Virus record (IMG/VR): IMGVR_UViG_3300031420_000496 | Location: 69,472 to 112,553 of that record | DNA length: 43,082 nt | Strand: one strand, 5' to 3' | DNA from: a virus | Lineage: Duplodnaviria > Heunggongvirae > Uroviricota > Caudoviricetes | Shown: positions 34,191 to 42,290 of the stretch, piece after piece | Position numbering within the stretch: position 1 is the stretch's first letter | Layout of the letters: every line of letters begins with the position of its first letter | Translations under genes and position numbers: made by a program | The notes under the pieces: generated by a model | Told to the model about the DNA's origin: nothing | Database searches by the model: none | Seen by the model: only the letters and a program-made list of their open reading frames with translations

Positions 34191-34675
34191 AGAGGTGTTC
34201 GTGCTCCGGCTTTCGCGGCAGAGGTTTTGTAAATTGTTTTCTCGGTGACAACACGGAATGTTGCGCCCTGGGATTCAGCGAAGATCGAAGCGGCTTTCCA
34301 CTTCGCCTGGTTCACTGCGTACATCATCTTGTCGCGTTCGGTCATACCAGGCGTCAGCACTGATTCGCGATACGGTTTGACCTCGATGATTTCCTTCTTG
34401 ATATTGCCAGCTGCATCGCGGTAGAGCATGATGAAGTCTGGAAAATACCGAGAAACTTTCGGTCGACCGTTCACATCCACCTTGACTGGGTTGACGTATG
34501 GGATCGCGAGTTCTTCTGAACCCCAACGAAGCACGGCTGGATTCGAATCCATCCACTTCATGAACGTCAGTTCCCAGCTTGAGCGGAACATGATGTTGTT
34601 TGAATTGCCAACATATTTCTGTGGGTTCTTTGGCAAGAACCGACCATGCATCGTTCGTTTTGTTCCTGTTGCCAT
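34187..34675 (-). CDS. head completion nuclease, T4 gp4-like
   Basis: FLPKNPQKYVG, RSSWE, WGSEELAIPY, YFPDF, EVKP, NQAKWKAA. Confidence 0.9.
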   Translation of the reverse strand: MATGTKRTMHGRFLPKNPQKYVGNSNNIMFRSSWELTFMKWMDSNPAVLRWGSEELAIPYVNPVKVDVNGRPKVSRYFPDFIMLYRDAAGNIKKEIIEVKPYRESVLTPGMTERDKMMYAVNQAKWKAASIFAESQGATFRVVTEKTIYKTSAAKAGARTPL

Positions 34676-34684
34676 GACGCGTCC

Positions 34685-36079
34685 TTACTTAAGAATAGTG
34701 TTGCGACCCAGATAAGTGTTGGAACCCCAGGTCCAGCTACCGTCTGGATAATACGTTGTCACACCTTCAACATCAGCACGACCGCCGACAGCTGAGTCCA
34801 TAACGGACGTTGAGCCGGATGCACTTTCCATAGGACTTGTAGCTTCACTTGGTGCTTTGATGACGTTCATGTTGGAGAAGGCTGCACCTGCCTGATTGAC
34901 AATGCTTGTGCTGATGTTTCGGCTTGCAGCTCCGACGAGGCCGCCAACGATGTTCGATGCGTGGCTGCTAATCAACGACGCGAATTGTCCTTTACCAGCG
35001 ATTGACTGCACAGCGCGATTGATGGCTGACGATGTGATCTGTTGGCCTGCGCGACCGATTGAATTCGAAATGATGCTGCCGAATATACCGCCTGCACCTT
35101 GCGGATTCGTTGCACCGCCACCAGCAGGCGAGACGTCGACTGGCGCACCATGAACACCTGGTGTTGCTACGTTGTAGCTTGGGCCGTCCGGCTTGGACAG
35201 TGGACCAGTGTTGACGATTTCCATCCAGTCATAGTCGAACTGCATCGTGATCAGGTTGGCATCCGAACCTTCATGTGACAGGTCATCAAGGTCGAATGAC
35301 ACGAGCCTAGCATTCATGAAGTCGAAAATCGTTTCCTCAACCGCATTGCCGATGACAGAACCTGGGTTCACGTAAATCTGTTTGACGCGGACAGTTTGAA
35401 TTGCGTTACCAACATTCGAGTTGATCGTTCCGCGAATAGCCGTGTCGTTCGCTTGCTCAGGCAATTGCGAGAAGTTCATACCGTTACCTTCCCGGATCGA
35501 CATCGCGTCAGGTGGCGCAAGGCGACCAGCTTCGGAACCAGCGTTCTGGCGGAGCATTTGTCGACGCGTAATAGGCGAGTGCAGCATCATGAGGATGCGG
35601 AAGAAGTCCAGCACGCGGTTGCCGGTGTCGTCCATGAAGGTCATCGTGAGTTCGCGGTGGCGAATCTTCTTCAGTGCCTTCGTCCGGAAGTTGTACATGT
35701 TGACGTCGTCTTCATACTCGAAGTCGATCTTCGGGCGGTCAACGGATTTGACCATGAACGTGAAGTCCTGGCTGTTCTGTCGTGCCAGCTCTGGTGCAGC
35801 AGCCTTTGCTTCTTCAGTGAATACAAATTCGACCTTGAAGAGGAACTTCAGCTTTGGGCGGAAGCTGGTTCCACCAGCAAGAGCCGCAGCGTATGATGAC
35901 GAATAGAAAGACCCATCGTTTCGATTGGTAGTAGCGGTCGAATCAGATGCAGAAATGCCTAACGCAGGACCCAATGTTCCTCGAGTAAATTCTTCAACCG
36001 CAGCACCGAACTTTTCAGAAGCCTGACGTTCCAGCGCAATCTTGGTGCCATTTAGAATTGGTGTTAACTGGTTTGGCAT
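34685..36079 (-). CDS. tube-fold baseplate or tube-initiator protein (gp54/gp48-like)
   Basis: RPKLKFLFKVEF, VKSVDRPKI, LTMTFMDD, ITMQFDYD resemble the gp19 fold; late promoter upstream. Confidence 0.65.
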   Translation of the reverse strand: MPNQLTPILNGTKIALERQASEKFGAAVEEFTRGTLGPALGISASDSTATTNRNDGSFYSSSYAAALAGGTSFRPKLKFLFKVEFVFTEEAKAAAPELARQNSQDFTFMVKSVDRPKIDFEYEDDVNMYNFRTKALKKIRHRELTMTFMDDTGNRVLDFFRILMMLHSPITRRQMLRQNAGSEAGRLAPPDAMSIREGNGMNFSQLPEQANDTAIRGTINSNVGNAIQTVRVKQIYVNPGSVIGNAVEETIFDFMNARLVSFDLDDLSHEGSDANLITMQFDYDWMEIVNTGPLSKPDGPSYNVATPGVHGAPVDVSPAGGGATNPQGAGGIFGSIISNSIGRAGQQITSSAINRAVQSIAGKGQFASLISSHASNIVGGLVGAASRNISTSIVNQAGAAFSNMNVIKAPSEATSPMESASGSTSVMDSAVGGRADVEGVTTYYPDGSWTWGSNTYLGRNTILK

Positions 36080-36103
36080 AATTGACCCACATAGTGATTC
36101 TTC

Positions 36104-36111
36104 TATTTATG
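36104..36111 (-). promoter_or_regulatory. late promoter
   Basis: CATAAATA. Confidence 0.75.
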
Positions 36112-36121
36112 GGCAAACTTG

Positions 36122-36150
36122 TTTGCATCAGACGTAGTTGCTGGTATAAT
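36122..36150 (+). promoter_or_regulatory. early promoter
   Basis: TTTGCA-N17-TATAAT...CCATC. Confidence 0.75.
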
Positions 36151-36179
36151 TCTTCCATCAAACGAACATTGGAACGAAT

Positions 36180-36476
36180 ATGACGATCGCGCTCACCATC
36201 CTCGAACAACTCGGCGGCAACAAATTCAAAGTCATGACCGGCGCTAAGGACTTCGTGTCGCATGGCACGTCGCTGACGTTTCGTCTGCCGGCCAAGTTCG
36301 CGAAGAACAAGAGCAACTACGTGACCATCACGCTGACGCCGGACGATCTGTATCGAATGGAATTCTGTTTCTATCGCGCAATGAACCTGCGCACCATCAG
36401 CAAGCATGAAGGTCTGTACGCCGACATGCTGCAATCCGTCTTCACCGAGCAAACTGGTCTCGATACCCATCTGTAA
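36180..36476 (+). CDS. small early phage protein
   Basis: ILEQLGGNKF..MTGAK, VTITL..DDLY..., YADMLQSVF...TGL. Confidence 0.75.
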   Translation: MTIALTILEQLGGNKFKVMTGAKDFVSHGTSLTFRLPAKFAKNKSNYVTITLTPDDLYRMEFCFYRAMNLRTISKHEGLYADMLQSVFTEQTGLDTHL

Positions 36477-36483
36477 AAAGTTG

Positions 36484-36512
36484 TGTGCAATACCCGCAAA
36501 CGCGGGTATAAT
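36484..36512 (+). promoter_or_regulatory. early promoter, third near-identical cassette
   Basis: TGTGCA-N17-TATAAT-GAACCCATCAACTACGGAGAAT; spacer contains the hairpin TACCCGC-aaac-GCGGGTA. Confidence 0.85.
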
Positions 36513-36537
36513 GAACCCATCAACTACGGAGAATGAC

Positions 36538-36759
36538 ATGACGATGACCTTCGAGCAGCATGAAGCAAACATCAAAGCACTGGAAGCCGCCGCCAACACT
36601 GCGTATGGTTTCTACGACCGCGCAGAACGTCGTGGTGCCAGTGATGAAGAATGCCGCAAGCTGTGGGCCGAATGGCGTACCGCGCAAGATGCGTGGGAAG
36701 CCTCGCTCAAAGCGAAGGAAGAACGTCGTCAAGCTTTTCTGAAACTTCTGAAGGGATAA
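36538..36759 (+). CDS. small helical early protein
   Basis: follows the cassette RBS. Confidence 0.65.
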   Translation: MTMTFEQHEANIKALEAAANTAYGFYDRAERRGASDEECRKLWAEWRTAQDAWEASLKAKEERRQAFLKLLKG

Positions 36760-36885
36760 CATGAAAATGCGCAAGCGCCGGAGACTCATCTCTAAAGGAG
36801 AGATGGTTCTCTACGGCATCGACTTCGCGCAGCGTAGGCTGCGCTTCTACATTACGCGACCAGCGTTCACCAAGCGGAAAAAGAA

Positions 36886-37434
36886 ATGACGCCGTTCTAC
36901 AAACACCTGAAAGGCGTGCTCACGCCTGAAGAATGCGATCGCATCATCGCGATTGGCAATGAGCATGGCTTCGCAGAAGCACCGATCACGATGCGCGATG
37001 GTTCGCAGCAGATGTTCAAGGACGTCCGCAACAACGACCGCGTTACGTTCCACGACATGCTGATGGCGCTGGAGCTGACTGAGACCATCATCGGCGAGAT
37101 TCCGAAAGAATTCAAGGACGCCAAATACGTCAAGCTGGGTTCGTTCTTCCGTCTGTACCGGTACGTGCCGGGCCAGTACTTCAAGCCGCACTACGACGGT
37201 TCGTTCGATGCCGGCGACTGCGCGAGCGAAATCACCGTGCTGTTTTATCTGAACGACACCGACGGCGGCGAAACCGTTCTGCGTCCGCGTCGTGCTGCAC
37301 CACGAGACGAGTGGATCGTGATCGAACCGAAGAAAGGCGACGTGCTGATGTTCGAGCATCACATCTTGCACGAAGGCAAGGAAGTCAATTCCGGCAAAAA
37401 GTTCGTACTGCGCACTGACGTTTTTTACGCTTAA
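36886..37434 (+). CDS. 2-oxoglutarate/Fe(II) oxygenase, prolyl-4-hydroxylase-like
   Basis: FRLYRY..GQYFKPHYDG (HxD), LFYLND..GGET, PKKGDVLMF, HEG, K..LRTD. Confidence 0.9.
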   Translation: MTPFYKHLKGVLTPEECDRIIAIGNEHGFAEAPITMRDGSQQMFKDVRNNDRVTFHDMLMALELTETIIGEIPKEFKDAKYVKLGSFFRLYRYVPGQYFKPHYDGSFDAGDCASEITVLFYLNDTDGGETVLRPRRAAPRDEWIVIEPKKGDVLMFEHHILHEGKEVNSGKKFVLRTDVFYA

Positions 37435-37437
37435 GTG

Positions 37438-37466
37438 TTTGCATGCTGGGTGGATTCGTGTATAAT
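37438..37466 (+). promoter_or_regulatory. early promoter
   Basis: TTTGCA-N17-TATAAT-GAATCCATCGAC...CGGA. Confidence 0.8.
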
Positions 37467-37498
37467 GAATCCATCGACGAACACAACGGAATACGAAA

Positions 37499-37720
37499 AT
37501 GGCCATCATCGACCTCTCGCCAGTGAATAAGAAAAGCCCGCTCTCGCCGGCTCAGCAGTTTGCTCTGGACACGATCAAGTCCGATCCGGTCGCGCACAAC
37601 ATCGTGCACTGGGAGAAGTTCGGCGTCAACCGTCGCAGCGTGTGCAAGCTGATCGAGCGCGGTCTCGTTTGGCAAGATCGCAACGACCACTATCGCCTCT
37701 ACATCGTGGAACAAAAATGA
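37499..37720 (+). CDS. small early protein
   Basis: follows the cassette. Confidence 0.65.
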   Translation: MAIIDLSPVNKKSPLSPAQQFALDTIKSDPVAHNIVHWEKFGVNRRSVCKLIERGLVWQDRNDHYRLYIVEQK

Positions 37721-37929
37721 CTCTCTTCAAAAAAGCCCTGACTCTCGCCGATCTGCCTGCAGCCAAAGTTGCACGTCAAGAATTCAAAGAACAACAAGCT
37801 GACGTCAGCCTTCGCGAAGAAGTCATTGAAGAATTGGTTGCATCCGGCATTGCGCGCCATGTGGCCGCGAACATGACTGACACCCCGGCCAAGCTGATGG
37901 CCAAAGCAAAGGAGCTCGACTTCGTATGA
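37717..37929 (+). CDS. small hypothetical protein
   Basis: ATGA overlap. Confidence 0.6.
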   Translation: MTLFKKALTLADLPAAKVARQEFKEQQADVSLREEVIEELVASGIARHVAANMTDTPAKLMAKAKELDFV

Positions 37930-38102
37930 TTCTGAATCTGAAACGTGTGCTGGGCTATGAAGGCTCGAAGCCGATCACTGGTTCGGCAGTTGCTACCTTC
38001 AAAGGCAACGAAAAGAAATGCACCAAGGACGCCAAGCAATGGCTGAAGGATAATCCGCAGCCGATCACGCCGGTGTTCGAGTGGAAGAAGGAAGAAAGAT
38101 GA
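37926..38102 (+). CDS. 58-aa hypothetical protein
   Basis: read by hand; ATGA overlap. Confidence 0.5.
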   Translation: MILNLKRVLGYEGSKPITGSAVATFKGNEKKCTKDAKQWLKDNPQPITPVFEWKKEER

Positions 38103-38257
38103 TTTTCAAATTTCTATTGCTGAGTTTCCTATCAGCAATATCCGCCGGCGTTGCAAGCGACTTTGGCGCACCTGGATTGTCTTTCGCGCTCGGTGCCATC
38201 GCGATCGTAGCATTGTTTGGCGCACTGGCTGTCTATCTCGATACCGGCGGGAAATGA
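38099..38257 (+). CDS. 52-aa two-TM membrane peptide
   Basis: read by hand: MIFKFLLLSFLSAISAG... Confidence 0.5.
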   Translation: MIFKFLLLSFLSAISAGVASDFGAPGLSFALGAIAIVALFGALAVYLDTGGK

Positions 38258-38258
38258 A

Positions 38259-38281
38259 AAAGGCCGCGCGAAGCGGCCTTT
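38259..38281. terminator. bidirectional terminator between convergent genes
   Basis: AAAGGCCGC-gcgaa-GCGGCCTTT. Confidence 0.85.
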
Positions 38282-38298
38282 GTTTATTGCGCGACTGA

Positions 38299-38895
38299 TT
38301 AGGTCGTGACGTTACCGCCGAGTGCCGTACCGTATCCTGCGCCGGATTCAACTTTACGTGCGTGGTCGAATCGGATCGACATCGTAACAGTCGCAGCTTC
38401 CGAAGCCGAGTAATCGCGGTCACCGAAGTCTGCGTTGACGATGAAGCAGCCCTCGAGAATCCACGAAGACGTGACGCCTTCATCACCATCGAGCTGGTCG
38501 ATGCGGATACCGAATTTGTAGTCAGAACCAGTTGCAGCAGTGTTCAGCCAACGACCGTCAAGGTCCGAGCCGATGATACGCTGTTGAGTTTCCATCTGAG
38601 CTTCAATAACGCGAGTTGCGAGACCGCCGAGGTCATCTTCAATCGTAACCGAGATTGGTTCCCAGCTGTGCTTACCGGCCACGTACGCGGTCGAGTTGTA
38701 GCGATGCAGGGTAACTTCTTCCCAAGTGATGTTTGGAAGAGTGATCGTCGTGACCTGCATTGTCAGGTTACGGGAGTTCGAACCAGGAATCAGCTGGCCA
38801 ATGTTCTGGAATGTGATACGGAATTTGTTTTTCAGACGTGGGTGCAGGATACCTGCACCCGCGCCCGGAATACCGAAATTGCTAAGTGTTGCCAC
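38299..38895 (-). CDS. tail tube protein, gp19-like (GTG start)
   Basis: PRLKNKFRI, GKHSWEPISVTIEDD, W.LEGCF, TVTMSIRFD; AGGAG RBS; downstream of the sheath gene. Confidence 0.88.
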   Translation of the reverse strand: MATLSNFGIPGAGAGILHPRLKNKFRITFQNIGQLIPGSNSRNLTMQVTTITLPNITWEEVTLHRYNSTAYVAGKHSWEPISVTIEDDLGGLATRVIEAQMETQQRIIGSDLDGRWLNTAATGSDYKFGIRIDQLDGDEGVTSSWILEGCFIVNADFGDRDYSASEAATVTMSIRFDHARKVESGAGYGTALGGNVTT

Positions 38896-38934
38896 TGTAA
38901 TTCTCCTTGTGTGGTCAGTGATACTTTCAACAGG

Positions 38935-38942
38935 TATTTATG
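38935..38942 (-). promoter_or_regulatory. late promoter
   Basis: CATAAATA. Confidence 0.78.
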
Positions 38943-38982
38943 CCATCACATCAAAAAACTGCCCTAAACTTTGTAGGGGCTA

Positions 38983-40050
38983 TCAAATTGGCCTGAAGAC
39001 CACGTGACTACCAAATGAGTTGTTCGTTTGCAGATTGTTTGGCAGAAGCGCAAACGAGTCACCAGTACGTTGGTATACTTTGCCTTGATAGTTCGCTGTT
39101 CCAACTGATCCGCTAATTGCCACATACAAGCCATTCGGGCTGAACGCAATTCCGGACAAAACACCTGCTGGCTTTGGTACATTGAGATTTGTCAGAGTGG
39201 TTGAGCCATTCCATTTGTATATGGCAATGAGTGCTCCGTTTGCCGCCGCGCCGTAAGCTGCAAGATATTGATTATCAGGCGAAAGAGAAAACTTTCTCAG
39301 GCCACCACCGAATGCGAGATAATTAACACGCGTAGCAACATCGCTCGTAAATCTCCACCACACAATGCTGTAAGATGCGTCTGTTGTTGTCGCAAACAGA
39401 TAGGTGCCGTCTTTCGACCATTCCAGCCAGCCGGCTGCGCCAGGGTTCGACGAACCGTATTGTGCTCCAGCCGTAAGCCTCACGTACGTTGTGCCGTTCC
39501 ATTTGAAGAGGTATGCACCAGTTGAGCTAGATGTTGATACAGCAATGTATTGTCCGTCAGGCGATATGCAGGCACTTGAGATTCCACCGGGAACCGCGGT
39601 GATATAAGCTATTTGAACATAGGTAGAACCATCAGCCGCCAAATCAAATACGCGAAGGCCACCACCAGTATAATCTGCGTAACACATTCTTCCATTTTTT
39701 GAAAATGAAAGCGGTTGACTCTGTGCAGATTCAGTTGAAGGAGCAGGGAAAGTTCCGTAGTCGATATTCACCTGCGTATAATCGCCTGTTGAACTTCTAC
39801 GGTAGAGTTGAAGAAATGGGGCGTATCGAGTTCCTAAAGCAAACCAATTACCATCAGGAGAATATGCAGGCGATCTAGCATAGCTAGGAAGCGAAGGAAC
39901 CTTATTTAGGACCGTGAATTTATTTACAGTCGGATCAATGCTGTACAGTACGGTGTTGATCGGGCCGCCAGAAGCCTCGACGAACAAAAGCTCTGCAGCT
40001 GTCGATACAGCGGTTGTTGCCTTATATGGCTGTGAAACAATGAGAGGCAT
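38983..40050 (-). CDS. beta-propeller (WD40/YVTN-like) late protein
   Basis: repeated YSPDG, SFSKNG, ISPDGQY, WSKDGTY, LSPDNQY, FSPNGLY blades. Confidence 0.82.
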   Translation of the reverse strand: MPLIVSQPYKATTAVSTAAELLFVEASGGPINTVLYSIDPTVNKFTVLNKVPSLPSYARSPAYSPDGNWFALGTRYAPFLQLYRRSSTGDYTQVNIDYGTFPAPSTESAQSQPLSFSKNGRMCYADYTGGGLRVFDLAADGSTYVQIAYITAVPGGISSACISPDGQYIAVSTSSSTGAYLFKWNGTTYVRLTAGAQYGSSNPGAAGWLEWSKDGTYLFATTTDASYSIVWWRFTSDVATRVNYLAFGGGLRKFSLSPDNQYLAAYGAAANGALIAIYKWNGSTTLTNLNVPKPAGVLSGIAFSPNGLYVAISGSVGTANYQGKVYQRTGDSFALLPNNLQTNNSFGSHVVFRPI

Positions 40051-40075
40051 AATTTTCCTAAGTGAATCAGTTTGA

Positions 40076-40083
40076 TATTTATG
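40076..40083 (-). promoter_or_regulatory. late promoter
   Basis: CATAAATA. Confidence 0.72.
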
Positions 40084-40126
40084 CTGGATGGTGTATAATC
40101 TTTCCATACCAACCGGAGAACAAATC

Positions 40127-40300
40127 ATGACCAACATCGACCTCAAGAAAAAACAAACCCTCAAATACTTCGATTTCTTGATGGCACTCCCTGACGAAGA
40201 ATACATGCCTTGCGTCGACACCACTGAAGAAGGGTGCACTCTGCATTCTGGTGTGGTGCAATATGCAAAAATCCACTACCCGCACATCACCATCGCATAA
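40127..40300 (+). CDS. 57-aa isolated early gene
   Basis: TATAAT at 40094-40099, GGAG RBS, terminator directly after. Confidence 0.6.
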   Translation: MTNIDLKKKQTLKYFDFLMALPDEEYMPCVDTTEEGCTLHSGVVQYAKIHYPHITIA

Positions 40301-40305
40301 TGCGA

Positions 40306-40329
40306 AAAAGGGACCTTTCGGTCCCTTTT
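40306..40329. terminator. bidirectional terminator
   Basis: AAAAGGGACC-tttc-GGTCCCTTTT; GAAA loop on the minus strand. Confidence 0.88.
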
Positions 40330-40336
40330 ATCTTTA

Positions 40337-42196
40337 TCAGATGCCTGCGTCTGTCGCAACCACACGGATCGCGATGTACAGGAATTCTGCTGCTCGTGTT
40401 GGCTTGATTGCAACGTCCAGCCAGAGTTCGTTCCTGTCGACACGATCCCCGTAGTTGTTGCTTTCATCGCAGTACGTCGCATAGTCCGTCAAACCGCGTT
40501 TGATCAGGATGTCATTCAGCACAGCGTCAGCTGCTGCTTTCAGATTGTCGCGCGTTACCTGGTCGTTTGGTTCGAACACGAACGGCAGTGCGCCCTTACG
40601 CAGCGAGCGACGCAGGTACATCACGAGGCGAACCACGTTGATGCGATCCATTGCCGAAGCAGCTGGTGCCGAAGTCTTCTGTCCCCAAACCAACATGCCG
40701 CGTCCTGGGAAGAACGTGATCGGGTTGATGTTCTTGTCTGGTTCGTACAGGTAGTCGCGTTGTCCGTCGTTCAGGTTGCAGTCGACGAATGTCGTTGCAG
40801 TGCCTGGTGTTCCGCTGAAGTAACCAACCTTCGATACGCCGGATACGAGACCACGTGCAACACCTGCTGGCGGAGTCCAGACATAACCCGCATTGTCGCT
40901 GTAGGCGATCGTGCGAAGTGCAGTGCCGGATGGCGCGCCAAGGACGTTACGACCGTCCATATTCGACTGCAGGCACCATGGGTAGTAGTACGCGATTGAT
41001 TCCGAGTTAAAGCGTTCAGTGGTCAGAGCCCACTGTCCAACTTGGTCTGGCGACATGTTACCTGGAGTATCAGCGATGACCAGTGCTTCGTCCTTGATTG
41101 CGACAGAGAGTGCTTGCAGCTCGTCAACAACTTCTGGATAGCCAGGGCAGAGGATCAGGTTGTATTCGTACATCGACGAACGAACTTCAACGTTGCTGTT
41201 GATTTCGGCTTGCAGAGCGGTTGTGATTGCAACGCGACGTGCAGCATCATTTGCGCCGAGTGGCGACGAAACAGTTACGCTCGAAGCAACGATTTCGAAT
41301 ACGTCACCAGCAGCAAACGCGGTATTTCCAGCCACTGCGGTGAAGCTGAGAACTTGACCGTTGGTTTGGCTGTCGGCAAAGTCTGCACCGACGTGACCAG
41401 TTCCCATTGGGCCAGCTACTGTACCATCAACGTCGAACGAAGTTGGTGAAGTGAATGTGATCGTGAATGTTTGCGGTTGAGTCAGCGCGCCAGCTTCGAG
41501 ATTCGTGATGCGTCCGTTACCAGTCATTTCGCCACGAGCCGTTGCTGCATAGTCCATGTAGAACATGAACGTGTCATTTGACGCAAACGGAACGTCGCCC
41601 GTTGTCAGCTCGAAGTTGATGAAGTTCGATGTGAACGGAAGCCCAACACTACCTGAGCCGATATAGCCCGACTTGTCACCCGATACAGAGAACGAAGATG
41701 GTGACGAGAATCGTACCATGAACATCTGTGGGCGAACGCTTGCACTTGCTGCAGCTACATTTTCAAGCTGGCCAGTGCCAAGACCTTGGAAGTCAACTGC
41801 ACCTGTCAGAGCAGGAGTTCCCATGCTGAGGAAGGTTTCAGGTTCGTCTGCGAGGTCGATGTTTGCGCGAACGACATACGCACGGTTACCAACACCGAGG
41901 AAGTTGTTCAGCGCGAGCAGACCGTATTCGTTACGTGCGTCGCCGTGGAATTCATTACCTGCGGAATCGCGGCGGAACGATGGAACACCGTAAAGCTGGA
42001 GCGACTGCGCCACGGAAGTGACAGTGCGGACAACTGAGTGTTCAAGCGTACCAGCTGCCGGTGTGATACCGTTTGGCTGAACCTTCCCTGCATTGGTTGC
42101 GAGGAAGATAAGCGGAACTGTCGATGCCGACACCGGAATGAAATAGCTCTCGTTTGTAACAGTGACTGAGACGCCTGGGGATACCAGTGTTGCCAT
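40337..42196 (-). CDS. tail sheath protein, gp18-like
   Basis: LVSPGVSV, NELGY-like NEYGLLA, YYYPW, PPAGVARG, NINPITFFPG, WGQKT, DRINVVRL, IKPTRAAEF. Confidence 0.94.
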   Translation of the reverse strand: MATLVSPGVSVTVTNESYFIPVSASTVPLIFLATNAGKVQPNGITPAAGTLEHSVVRTVTSVAQSLQLYGVPSFRRDSAGNEFHGDARNEYGLLALNNFLGVGNRAYVVRANIDLADEPETFLSMGTPALTGAVDFQGLGTGQLENVAAASASVRPQMFMVRFSSPSSFSVSGDKSGYIGSGSVGLPFTSNFINFELTTGDVPFASNDTFMFYMDYAATARGEMTGNGRITNLEAGALTQPQTFTITFTSPTSFDVDGTVAGPMGTGHVGADFADSQTNGQVLSFTAVAGNTAFAAGDVFEIVASSVTVSSPLGANDAARRVAITTALQAEINSNVEVRSSMYEYNLILCPGYPEVVDELQALSVAIKDEALVIADTPGNMSPDQVGQWALTTERFNSESIAYYYPWCLQSNMDGRNVLGAPSGTALRTIAYSDNAGYVWTPPAGVARGLVSGVSKVGYFSGTPGTATTFVDCNLNDGQRDYLYEPDKNINPITFFPGRGMLVWGQKTSAPAASAMDRINVVRLVMYLRRSLRKGALPFVFEPNDQVTRDNLKAAADAVLNDILIKRGLTDYATYCDESNNYGDRVDRNELWLDVAIKPTRAAEFLYIAIRVVATDAGI

Positions 42197-42251
42197 TGTT
42201 TTTCTCCTATGGATTGGCAGCATAACCTGCTGCTCTGGTTGTTCATCAACA

Positions 42252-42259
42252 TATTTATG
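42252..42259 (-). promoter_or_regulatory. late promoter
   Basis: CATAAATA upstream of the sheath gene. Confidence 0.78.
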
Positions 42260-42290
42260 AAGATGGGCCAGATTCCATGGAACTATGGCA

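Noticed and set aside
39983-40239. N-terminal extensions in the ORF track (for example the propeller from 40239, sheath from 42223, ssb from 17790, lysozyme from 10664)
   Set aside because: They run through promoters and RBSs; downstream Met codons fit the regulatory signals better.
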